A stretch of 64,000 bases of DNA from Limisphaerales bacterium. GTDB lineage: Bacteria; Verrucomicrobiota; Verrucomicrobiia; Limisphaerales; Palsa-1400. Below, in pieces: positions 52,979 through 60,799 of this stretch; position 1 is the stretch's first letter; the number at the start of each line of letters is the position of its first letter. Where the stretch lies: NCBI GenBank assembly GCA_052325505.1, contig JBKQUS010000097.1, forward strand, positions 14,066 through 78,065, read 5' to 3'. Under the pieces are notes generated by a model. That model worked only from the letters and a program-made list of their open reading frames with translations. It ran no database searches and was not told the origin of the DNA. A program made the position numbers and the translations under genes.

Positions 52979-55766
52979 GTTTTTGTATTGTTTGATGTTT
53001 TGGTCGATGTTGTTGAGCCAGATGGAGACGGAAAATTCGTTCGGCGGCTCGACGACCGAAGCGAATAAGATAACCGTGCAGCCGATTCCAAAGCCGATGC
53101 TGTCCGCGCGGGACAAAACCGGCCGCAAATTCCATCGCCAGTGGCCGATGACCGGAGCGGGCGATATTCTCACGAAGTTGCTGCTTATCCGGCGTGAAAA
53201 TGCGGATACCACGCCGCCCCCGCGAGATGGTCACATACCATTGTTGCGCATTCGTTGCCGGCTTGACCGTCGAATCGGAAAACAGGACGTAATCCACGGT
53301 TTTGCCCTGTGAACCGTAGGATGTGACCGCGTAGCCGGGAAGAAATTCACGGAAAGATTTGTCCAAGACGCGGCCATCAGTCAGTTCAACTCCGCCATCG
53401 GCGCGGACAGATTTCACGGTGACGAGTTCGCCGTTGGTTGCACGCCCGCCGGATGCCAGCTTGAGATTTGCCTTGAGATGCAGCCGGTCGCCATCAGCGA
53501 CAGAAAGCTCGCGCGCCTGGCAGACCGTGAGACGGTCGAGCAATCGGTTTGAGACCGTCACAAACTTCCCGTCAACCTCGACAAGCACGCTCGATTTCAA
53601 AATGCCCGCCAGCTTGCCTTTCGCCCCCGGTTTGGCATCACGGACTTTCTGATTGAAAACAATCACGGCATCTGGCGGATAGAAACGCTGATCGCGCTTT
53701 TGGGCGTTGGTGAGGTCAATTCTTTCTAGTGCTTGAACCGCCGAGTCTGTTGCGCCAAGCAATCCTTTGCCTTTCAACGCATCACGCACGCGCGAGTTGA
53801 CGTGATGCACTTCACCCCAAGTTTGCGAGACAACGACCGCCGAAGCATTTTGCTCCGCGAGCCGAAGATATTCATCGGCGAGCTTGTCGGCTTGTTCGCC
53901 AATGCCACACGCGACAATCGCACCCATCTTGTCGAGGCGTTCAAATGAATCGCCCAGCTTGCCCGCCGCCGCAGCTTCGACCGCATTCCGATACAGCCCG
54001 ATGCGCTTGCGTTCCTCGACATCACGACCCAGCGCCGGATCTTGCCGACGAATCTTGTGCAATTCGACTGGCTTCACTCCGGCATGGCGTTCGATAGCGA
54101 GCAGGGCATCCGAAGCCTCAACGGCTCCGTGTTGCCGAGTATCGCCGGAGAGAACCAACCGTCCGTGTCGCTCATGGATCAACCGGACAAGCTCCAGCAT
54201 CTGTCGCCCGCCAATCTGACCAGCTTCGTCCACCACAATGACGGCGCTGTCAGCAAGTTCACCCTTTGTGAGAAAACTGGCGACCGTCGTTGGCGACGGA
54301 AAACCAGCCTTCTCCATCTCGACGACTTGCTGACGTTGCGGCGCGAGAACAACCACGCTGCGGCTAGACTGCCGCAGTTGCTCCACCAGTTCGTGCAGAA
54401 CAAAACTCTTGCCTGTGCCCGCGCCGCCACGAAAAACAGAAACGCCGTTTGTCGAACGAAGTAAGGCGTCAAGAGCCTCGCGTTGCTCGTCGTCGAGTTG
54501 CGGACTTACCTGGCGACGATTCGCCACCAGCGGGAGACAATCCCCGACGCCCTCTTTCGCGGTTTGAACAATTTCCCATTCACGCAGCAGAACTTCCCAC
54601 AGCGTCACTTCACCTGGACGGGCTGTGTCTCGAATGTAACCGCGACGTTGGGTGAAATCCTTGAGTTCGGAAACCGAAAAACTTTCGCCCCGCGCCCGGC
54701 CCAATGCCTCCTGCCATAACTGACATTCAAGAACCACCGAGTTGCGGTCGAACAAATGTTCCTCCGCCCACTGAACGGCTTCGCTGACGCTTACGCGATT
54801 TTCTTCTTTCGTATTATTCTGCGGCTGCTCTGAAAGCCGGTGCAACAAAGCCTGATCGGATTTGCTCAACTGCGCCTCCCACAATTCCCGCAGTTCATCC
54901 CGGCTCAAATCTTTCTGTTTTCGCGTTCGCTTTTCCGTGGCGAGCTTCGCGCGAAGTCCAGCGATGTTCGCGCCGCCAAGTTCCGGGTGGTCCGCCAGCA
55001 GCTTCGTCAGCGCCTTGTCAATCTCCGCATCACGTTTGGAAAAGCGCTGGCAGAGTTCTTCGGGAACACCTTCCACTTGAAAATCGCCACGCGGCAAGTT
55101 GCGAATCCGATAACCGAAGCTCCGCAACTCGCGGGCAAATTCGTGATAATAGGCGTTCTCGGCAAACTTTCTTGCGCGCAACAGTTCGTAGTTTTGCAGT
55201 GCCTTCCAGCGATTTTCAATGGCGTCAAAAGTGGCGTTGAACACGATGCAGTGCGTGTGCAAATGCGGATCGAGCGCGCGTGAAGTATCGTGGGTGAACA
55301 TGGCGGCGGCGAAGTTGCCCGTGAGGCGGTCGGTCTGCGCGCCGCCAACTCGGATGCGAGTCGCCGCGAACGACTCGAATTCCGCGAGCGCCGACCGCAC
55401 GGCTCGCGCGTGGGCTTGAAGAACCCGTTCGTCTTTGCCCAAAAATCCCGCGATTGAAACCGACTTTGGCGGTGAGAATGTGAAGTCGAAGAAAATCCGC
55501 CGATTGGCCGCGTTCTCGCCGCCTTCCGTCCGCGTCGTGTTCAACCGTTGAGTTAACGTCTCGCCGGAAGACGGATGCTGATTCTCGCACAGGCGGAGAA
55601 AATCATCCGCGCGGACTTTGCCGGCCAAACCGAGCCGTTGCGCGCCGAGACCAAGCCATTCGCCAGCCACACGCTGGCCTTCATCGTAGTAATCTCCAAC
55701 ACAGAGATGTTCTTCAAAGTATTCCCGCGCGTTTGCCAGGTTGTATTGCGTCTTGGCCGTGACCAT
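52917..55766 (-). CDS. MobF-family conjugative relaxase (TrwC/TraI-type relaxase domain + RecD-like/AAA_30 helicase)
   Basis: The N-terminal relaxase region has YFEEHLCVGDYYDE and FDFTFSPPKSVS. The His triad is MFTHDTSRALDPHLHTHCIVFN. The helicase Walker A is FRGGAGTGKSF and Walker B is VVDEAGQ. Confidence 0.9.
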   Translation of the reverse strand: MVTAKTQYNLANAREYFEEHLCVGDYYDEGQRVAGEWLGLGAQRLGLAGKVRADDFLRLCENQHPSSGETLTQRLNTTRTEGGENAANRRIFFDFTFSPPKSVSIAGFLGKDERVLQAHARAVRSALAEFESFAATRIRVGGAQTDRLTGNFAAAMFTHDTSRALDPHLHTHCIVFNATFDAIENRWKALQNYELLRARKFAENAYYHEFARELRSFGYRIRNLPRGDFQVEGVPEELCQRFSKRDAEIDKALTKLLADHPELGGANIAGLRAKLATEKRTRKQKDLSRDELRELWEAQLSKSDQALLHRLSEQPQNNTKEENRVSVSEAVQWAEEHLFDRNSVVLECQLWQEALGRARGESFSVSELKDFTQRRGYIRDTARPGEVTLWEVLLREWEIVQTAKEGVGDCLPLVANRRQVSPQLDDEQREALDALLRSTNGVSVFRGGAGTGKSFVLHELVEQLRQSSRSVVVLAPQRQQVVEMEKAGFPSPTTVASFLTKGELADSAVIVVDEAGQIGGRQMLELVRLIHERHGRLVLSGDTRQHGAVEASDALLAIERHAGVKPVELHKIRRQDPALGRDVEERKRIGLYRNAVEAAAAGKLGDSFERLDKMGAIVACGIGEQADKLADEYLRLAEQNASAVVVSQTWGEVHHVNSRVRDALKGKGLLGATDSAVQALERIDLTNAQKRDQRFYPPDAVIVFNQKVRDAKPGAKGKLAGILKSSVLVEVDGKFVTVSNRLLDRLTVCQARELSVADGDRLHLKANLKLASGGRATNGELVTVKSVRADGGVELTDGRVLDKSFREFLPGYAVTSYGSQGKTVDYVLFSDSTVKPATNAQQWYVTISRGRRGIRIFTPDKQQLRENIARSGHRPLAMEFAAGFVPRGQHRLWNRLHGYLIRFGRRAAERIFRLHLAQQHRPKHQTIQKHEHKSTRMLGQRPTGTRITH

Positions 55767-55832
55767 GCACCGGACAATACACGGAGTGTCCGCGCATTTT
55801 ATGTATCACATACATCTTCTCACGCACGGTTG
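55738..55832 (+). repeat. Relaxase promoter/5'-end segment, copy A (functional copy, includes relaxase start codon)
   Basis: It is homologous to 58206-58300. Shared blocks are TTGCGTC..CGTGACCA, CGGACA, TGTCCGCGCATTTT and ATACATCTTC. It contains the palindrome ATGTAT-CAC-ATACAT. Confidence 0.75.
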
Positions 55833-55852
55833 GAGTTGCCAGCCGTCCAACT

Positions 55853-56359
55853 TCAGGCGAGCGCTCCCGACTTTTCTGCCATTACGACTTTCGATGTCCT
55901 CTTGACGGCGGCATTAATGTTGCCCAAGCAGCAAGAACCTTGCGGGTTGCGGATTTCACAAGCGCAGTTTCCGGCTTTTACTTCCGCTGTGATGCGTTGC
56001 GGTATGGTGCATTTGCCCGTCGCGCGAAGCTCCTCAATTGCCATCTTTTCCGTGAAGCCGAAGCAATAGCAGATGGGCACGGGGTCTTCCGTTTCCTTCA
56101 ACCCGATGCGCTGGCGCACGTCGGCTTTGGTGAGCACGATTCCATCGCCGTTGAAATAGACGACCTCACACGTCGCGGTGCGGCAAAAGCGGAACGAGCT
56201 GATTTCGACAGTTTCCAAATGCTCCGGCTTGACCTGATGTTTGAGCGTTTGTAGCGCGACTGGCTGACCCGATTGGCCGCAACGCGGGCAGTTGGCTTTC
56301 GTTCCTGTTGCAGGCTTCGAGGCAACAGCCGATGGTTTAATGGAACAACAATCAGACAT
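55853..56359 (-). CDS. Cys-rich metal-binding protein (CopZ-N-terminal-like Zn/[2Fe-2S]-type metallochaperone domain)
   Basis: The 168-aa product has an MSDCCS N-terminus. Other motifs are CPRCGQSGQPV, FRFCRTATCEVVYF, ICYCFG and GNCACEIRNPQGSCCLGN. Confidence 0.55.
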   Translation of the reverse strand: MSDCCSIKPSAVASKPATGTKANCPRCGQSGQPVALQTLKHQVKPEHLETVEISSFRFCRTATCEVVYFNGDGIVLTKADVRQRIGLKETEDPVPICYCFGFTEKMAIEELRATGKCTIPQRITAEVKAGNCACEIRNPQGSCCLGNINAAVKRTSKVVMAEKSGALA

Positions 56360-56464
56360 TCGATGCGTCGGTTTAGTTGCAACCGGGACAGCAGGCGGCG
56401 AGAATCGCCTACCCGACCGCCAGTTTCCACCACTTCAGGATTAAAATTAAAAACGTGCTCACAA

Positions 56465-57124
56465 TCATTTCGTCACTGTGTTGGCCGTGTCACCACAACA
56501 ACTCGCGGTTTTCTCTACATTGAATCCGGTCGCATCAATCGTCGCGATGATTTTCTCCGGCGAAAGTTTTGTGCGGTCGTATTGGACAGTCGCCGTTTTG
56601 GTGTCGAAGCTCACCTGCGCTTGCTGAACGCCAGCCTGCTTCTTCAAAACGGATTGGATATTCAGCGCGCACGCCGCGCAATCCATGCTTGGTATCCTTG
56701 CTCCCAAGACGGCAGTATTCGTATTGACTACGACGGACGGCGCACAACAGGCGTCCGAGTTCGATTGCGTGGCTCGCAGAATCGCCGACGAAAGACTTGG
56801 AAACGCCGCTACAACCAGAACGAAGGCCGTGGCAAACCACAGAACCATCTTGTTCCATTTGGCAACGGGTTTGGTCGCGCAGGCCGAGCCTTCTTCGCAA
56901 GTAGTCTTTGGCTTCCGATAAGTCAGATACCAAGCCAGCGCGAGCAGCGCGAACGTGACGTCCAAAAACACAGGACGCCATTTTTCAAACACGGCTGACG
57001 CGGCAAAGCCGCTCGCACCCAGCGCGACGGCAACCAGCGGGCCGATGCAGCAGAGGGACGCGGTGATGGCGGCGAGGATGCTGCCGCCGAGCGTCGCTTT
57101 TTGCAGAGCTTTCGATTTGTCCAT
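56465..57124 (-). CDS. merT: MerT-like mercuric transporter fused to a C-terminal HMA (MerP-like) domain (MerTP)
   Basis: The first TM carries a CC pair (AAITASLCCIGPLVAVALG). The C-terminal HMA is SMDCAACALNIQSVLKKQAGVQQAQVSF. Confidence 0.8.
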   Translation of the reverse strand: MDKSKALQKATLGGSILAAITASLCCIGPLVAVALGASGFAASAVFEKWRPVFLDVTFALLALAWYLTYRKPKTTCEEGSACATKPVAKWNKMVLWFATAFVLVVAAFPSLSSAILRATQSNSDACCAPSVVVNTNTAVLGARIPSMDCAACALNIQSVLKKQAGVQQAQVSFDTKTATVQYDRTKLSPEKIIATIDATGFNVEKTASCCGDTANTVTK

Positions 57125-57148
57125 AAACGTTTTTCTTCGTTTCGGACG

Positions 57149-57180
57149 AACCTACGGCCTCTACTTGGCTAGAGGGTCAA
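57149..57180 (-). promoter_or_regulatory. MerR-type promoter/operator for merTP (overlong 20-bp spacer containing a dyad)
   Basis: The minus strand reads TTGACC-(20 nt: CTCTAGCCAAGTAGAGGCCG)-TAGGTT. The dyad CCTCTA-N6-TAGAGG spans 57158-57175. From memory, the Tn501 layout is TTGACT-N19-TAAGGT. Confidence 0.55.
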
Positions 57181-57230
57181 GGGCTTTTTTTTGATTTCTT
57201 TGCCCAGCCATTTGCCGGTATGATTCCCGC

Positions 57231-57557
57231 ATGACGAAGGCCTTTGGCTTGTTTGTGCTCACGGCTGCGGCGGAAATCTTCGGATGCTACGCGGTGTATC
57301 TGTGGTGGCGCTTGTCCCGACCCGCGTGGTGGTTGCTGCCGGGCGCGCTGTCGCTGGCATTGTTTGCCTGGCTGCTCACCTTGCACCCGCAGGCCGGGGC
57401 GGGCCGCGTCTATGCCGCGTATGGCGGAATCTATATTGCATCGGCGATGCTTTGGTTGTGGGCGGTGGAAGGCATCCAGCCCGACCGCTGGGATGTGATC
57501 GGATCGGCCATCTGCCTGGCAGGCACGGGAGTCATTCTATTCGGACCTCGCGGGTGA
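57231..57557 (+). CDS. ynfA: YnfA (UPF0060) family small membrane protein
   Basis: The 108-aa product has 4 TM segments and the motifs [15 protein letters not shown] and [15 protein letters not shown]. Confidence 0.8.
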   Translation: MTKAFGLFVLTAAAEIFGCYAVYLWWRLSRPAWWLLPGALSLALFAWLLTLHPQAGAGRVYAAYGGIYIASAMLWLWAVEGIQPDRWDVIGSAICLAGTGVILFGPRG

Positions 57558-58031
57558 GCGAGGCGGGCGCGGTGCTGGGTGGGGCGGTTCAGGACATTGG
57601 ACAGGTTTGGTCTGCGGTAGTCTCTCGATCAAATCGCAAAACTCGCCCGCACACTTCCGTTGGTGCGACGTTTCTTTTTCCCATTTCGGCACGACTGCGG
57701 CCAGCGCGCGCCGAAACACCTGTAATGCCGCGATCCGTGCGTCCAACTCCTGCAAGTGTTTTTTGCCCACGTCGGCAACGCAATGACACGGAGCGCGACC
57801 TTGTCCGCGCAGACCGAGAATTTCTTTGATTTCCTCCAGCGTGAAACCAAGGGCTTGGGCCTTTTTGATGAATTGGACTCTGCGGAGCGTCTCCCCCGAA
57901 TACAGCCGATAGTTCGAGGTTGAACGGCCGGGCTTTGCCAGCAAGCCAAACCGCTCATAATAGTGAAGCGTCTGCACGCCGACTCCGGCGCGCGTCGCCA
58001 CTTCGCCAACTTTCAATGGAGACTCTGTCAT
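57537..58031 (-). CDS. merR: MerR-family heavy-metal-responsive regulator
   Basis: The HTH is [26 protein letters not shown]. Cys motifs are APCHC and KCAGEFC. It overlaps ynfA convergently by 21 nt. Confidence 0.8.
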   Translation of the reverse strand: MTESPLKVGEVATRAGVGVQTLHYYERFGLLAKPGRSTSNYRLYSGETLRRVQFIKKAQALGFTLEEIKEILGLRGQGRAPCHCVADVGKKHLQELDARIAALQVFRRALAAVVPKWEKETSHQRKCAGEFCDLIERLPQTKPVQCPEPPHPAPRPPRSPARSE

Positions 58032-58205
58032 CGTTGATTGCCTTCTCCTTAATAACCGAGTTCTCGCATGAGTTCAATACCGGCGGCAGTGAGTTCATGG
58101 CGTCAGCCATAGGGTGCAAACGAGACCGCGTTGTTTGAAGCCTTCGCCCGGTCGTTCCTTAGTCGGATCAAAGCTGAGTTTGGTTGTGATACCTCCAGAA
58201 AATGG

Positions 58206-58300
58206 CAGCACCGTTGCGTCGTTGTCGTGACCACATGCCGGACATCATCAGGACTGTCCGCGCATTTTGTGTAGCTGATACATCTTCACAAAGGCGGTTT
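58206..58300 (+). repeat. Relaxase promoter/5'-end segment, copy B (with degenerate remnant of the first ~12 relaxase codons at ~58190-58238)
   Basis: See copy A. On the minus strand ATGTGGTCACGACAACGACGCAA parallels the relaxase ATGGTCACGGCCAAGACGCAA, but it is frameshifted and stops after 22 codons. Confidence 0.7.
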
Positions 58301-58316
58301 GTGGTGAACTGTCGCC

Positions 58317-58595
58317 GTGAAAACGATTGCGACTTTGAAGTCCGGCAAGCAACTCTGGGGCATTTACCACACCGACCGGGAATACGCCCGCGAGTTGGGT
58401 GATCCACTTCGCACAGTCGTTGAAGCACCCAACAAACTCACCGCCGAGGAAACTGCCGCTCGACTTGGCTTTGGTGACCCGTGGGCGCATCCGGTCACTT
58501 CTGAAGAAGTGAGACACGCACAATGGCTTCACAAACGCCGCCCTGGACACCGGCAAGAACTCGCGCACAAAAACTCACGCGGCATCCGCATCTGA
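58317..58595 (+). CDS. Hypothetical small protein (first gene of transfer-side operon)
   Basis: The 92-aa product has a GTG start (MKTIATLKSGKQLWGIYHTDREYAR...). No family was recognised. Confidence 0.45.
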   Translation: MKTIATLKSGKQLWGIYHTDREYARELGDPLRTVVEAPNKLTAEETAARLGFGDPWAHPVTSEEVRHAQWLHKRRPGHRQELAHKNSRGIRI

Positions 58596-58597
58596 TT

Positions 58598-58852
58598 ATG
58601 CAAACACCCACCACCGCTCAATTACGCACCGCCATCGAAGTCCTCACAAAGCTTGGCGAACGTCTCAACACCCACGCCGAACATTCTGTGATGCAACTGT
58701 CGGAATCGCCACTCGGTGCTCACTATGCCGGGCGCATCGAAGTGGGGGCGATTGAACAAACCAGCCGCATCGAAGCCGTCGCCAAGCAACTGAAGGATTG
58801 GCGCGACGAGTTGTTGCAACAGGAGAGGCAGTGTGTTTCTCATCATGTTTAA
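58598..58852 (+). CDS. Hypothetical small helical protein
   Basis: The 84-aa product starts at ATG 58598, 3 nt after the upstream stop (MQTPTTAQLRTAIEVLTKLGERL...). Confidence 0.45.
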   Translation: MQTPTTAQLRTAIEVLTKLGERLNTHAEHSVMQLSESPLGAHYAGRIEVGAIEQTSRIEAVAKQLKDWRDELLQQERQCVSHHV

Positions 58853-58891
58853 TACAGGACAAGCCTTACCCCTTCGTGAACGAAGGACTTG

Positions 58892-59260
58892 GTGTCCGCG
58901 AATGAGTCGCGGCGGGCACGCGGAATATCCGCGCGAGATCAACCGTTCATGGACATGGCATTGGCCAGTCCACGGGCTTGATTCAGCCGGGGACAGGACG
59001 CGGACAGGAACTTTCCGTGTCCTCGAACAATCCGTGTCCGCGTTCAGTCCACGCCAACAATCATGTCCGCGAACAATCCATGTCCACGCACAGGCAACGG
59101 CCTCAATCGTCCGTGAACAGGCAACGGTCACGGGCGTGGACTGTCCGCAGAAAGTCCGCAGCCGTAATCAATCCACATCCGCGAACTGGTCACGCACGCG
59201 ATTTGTCCGCGACCGTGGGCCGGCAAAGAATCATCCGCGTCGTTGCATCGCGGTGTCCAT
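58892..59260. repeat. Iteron field: at least 12 copies of a TGTCCGCG-type motif (best consensus AACAATCC(A/G)TGTCCGCG)
   Basis: Core copies on the + strand are near 58892, 59017 (GTCCTCG), 59034, 59045 (GTCCACG), 59064, 59081 (GTCCACG), 59108 (GTCCGTG), 59141, 59153, 59175 (ATCCGCG), 59203, 59231 (ATCCGCG) and 59252. One inverted copy lies at 58999-59006. Spacing is irregular, 11-34 nt. Confidence 0.75.
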
Positions 59261-59307
59261 CTTGCCGCCGATCCGTTTCCCGATTCACGTCCAAATTATT
59301 CCAGCCC

Positions 59308-59739
59308 ATGTCCTCATTTGATCCAGCCACAGTCCGTCAAGCGGTCGCGGAATTTACGCCTCTCCGTCCGCAAAAGTTCCAGGATTTGATTCCGGCCAAG
59401 GATGTCATCATCGAATTGCGCCAACGGCGCGCTTCGTATCGGGCGATTGCCACTTTGCTCACGCAACATTGTCTGCCGACGAGCAAGACAGCCATCGCCA
59501 CTTTCTGCCATCAGATTCTTGGCGAGATTGTCCGGCCACATCGCCGCCCCGGACGAAAACGCCCGGCTTCTCCTGCCGAGACAAATGGCCGAATGGCTTC
59601 ACCGGCTCAATCAGAGCCAGGGGATAATCATCCGTCGCAAGAACCACCGGCGGACTCCAATGGCGGCGGGATTCCGCAAATCCGCAGCCGTGGACCACGC
59701 ATCGCACGAGTGCGGATACTCAAACCTGAAAACACATGA
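59308..59739 (+). CDS. Putative HTH DNA-binding protein (candidate iteron/centromere or oriT accessory protein)
   Basis: The 143-aa product has an HTH-like segment, RRASYRAIATLLTQHCLPTSKTAIATFC, and a disordered basic/Pro-rich tail. It forms an ATGA overlap with the ParA-like gene. ATG 59308 is preferred over the track start at 58978. Confidence 0.5.
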   Translation: MSSFDPATVRQAVAEFTPLRPQKFQDLIPAKDVIIELRQRRASYRAIATLLTQHCLPTSKTAIATFCHQILGEIVRPHRRPGRKRPASPAETNGRMASPAQSEPGDNHPSQEPPADSNGGGIPQIRSRGPRIARVRILKPENT

Positions 59740-60428
59740 AACGTCTCGACCTCATTCTCAACGGCAAAGGCGGCGTTGGCAAAAGCTTCTTCGCCGTCAA
59801 CTTCGTCCAGTATCTCAAAGACAAGGGCATTGCCCATGTCGCGATTGACAGCGACAACGAGAACTCGACCTTGAAACGGTTTCATCCCGACACTCGCTTC
59901 CTAGACTTGTCCAAACGACGCGCGCTTGACGAAATTTTCGCCGCGTTGGAAAAGGCAAATCTGGTCGTTATGGACTGCCGTGCCGCGTCCACCGACCTGT
60001 TCATTGAATTCTTCGCCGAAATTGACCTGTTCGCCGTGCTGTCCGCGCTCGGCGCAAAGCTCACGCTCGTCATGCCGGTGAATCACGAGTCGGACAGAGT
60101 GGAACAAATCCAGCGGCTCACGGACGAGTTCGGAGACAAGTGCGGCTACGTCGTTGTCCGCAACGCCGCGCACAGCGACAGTTTCACGATCTTTGAAACG
60201 TGCGAAGTCCGCGCGCTGCTCAAAGACAAGCTCGGCGCACGGGAAATCGGCATGAGCCGGATGCAGGACTGGCTGGTTGAAGCGCTTAACGCCGAGAATC
60301 TGACGGTCACAGCGGCGGCGAAACACCCCGCGTTCAGCCTGCTCGACCGGCAACGACTCCAAACGTGGCAACGCAGATTTTACGCTGAAGTTGAGTCTGC
60401 CGCCAACCTCCTACTGTCTTCAAAGTGA
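59736..60428 (+). CDS. ParA/MinD-superfamily ATPase (partition or conjugation-associated)
   Basis: It has the deviant Walker A, LNGKGGVGKSFFAV. Other motifs are IDSDNENS and VVMDCRA. Confidence 0.8.
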   Translation: MKRLDLILNGKGGVGKSFFAVNFVQYLKDKGIAHVAIDSDNENSTLKRFHPDTRFLDLSKRRALDEIFAALEKANLVVMDCRAASTDLFIEFFAEIDLFAVLSALGAKLTLVMPVNHESDRVEQIQRLTDEFGDKCGYVVVRNAAHSDSFTIFETCEVRALLKDKLGAREIGMSRMQDWLVEALNAENLTVTAAAKHPAFSLLDRQRLQTWQRRFYAEVESAANLLLSSK

Positions 60429-60799
60429 TGTCCAAGCCCAGCACACAGCCGCCGGACTTCGACGAGGAATTCACCAAGGCCGTTGCCGAGTGGCGCGATA
60501 AACATCTGCTACGAGAAGACGACGCGGTGATATTGCTTGTCGAATTGTTTCGAATCCACCAGCAGCATTGGGATGAAATTCGCCGCCGGGAGATTCCGTC
60601 CTTCGAGCAATTTCGCGCGGACATCACGAAGCTCTTCGGCGCGGCGCAGACATTTCAACAACAGTCGTCATCCTTGCTGGAACTGCTGCGAAGCCAGCCA
60701 CCGGCTCACCGTGCCGCGAGAATCACCCGCACCGCCGCGATCTTCGCCGCGCTCGCCGCCTTGCTGGCCGGCTATCTCATCGGGAGGGCGTGGCGATGA
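60425..60799 (+). CDS. Hypothetical protein with C-terminal TM anchor
   Basis: The 124-aa product has 4-nt and 10-nt overlaps with its neighbours. The C-terminal TM is AAIFAALAALLAGYLIG. Confidence 0.5.
   Translation: MMSKPSTQPPDFDEEFTKAVAEWRDKHLLREDDAVILLVELFRIHQQHWDEIRRREIPSFEQFRADITKLFGAAQTFQQQSSSLLELLRSQPPAHRAARITRTAAIFAALAALLAGYLIGRAWR

Noticed and set aside
55738-55762. R388-like nic site (GTATTGCGTCT resembles my recollection of GTATTGTCT/AT)
   Set aside because: The match is short and lies inside the first relaxase codons. It is not conserved in repeat copy B and relies on memory of one plasmid. That is insufficient to call a nic site.
58892-59260. CRISPR array
   Set aside because: The repeats are only 8-17 nt, degenerate and irregularly spaced (11-34 nt). 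No cas genes are present.
58833-59739. ORFs 58833-59321 (162 aa) and the 5' part of 58978-59739 as coding genes
   Set aside because: They run through the TGTCCGCG iteron field and translate to Arg/Pro/Ser-rich low-complexity sequence. Only the part from ATG 59308, which has an HTH-like segment and ATGA coupling to parA, is retained.
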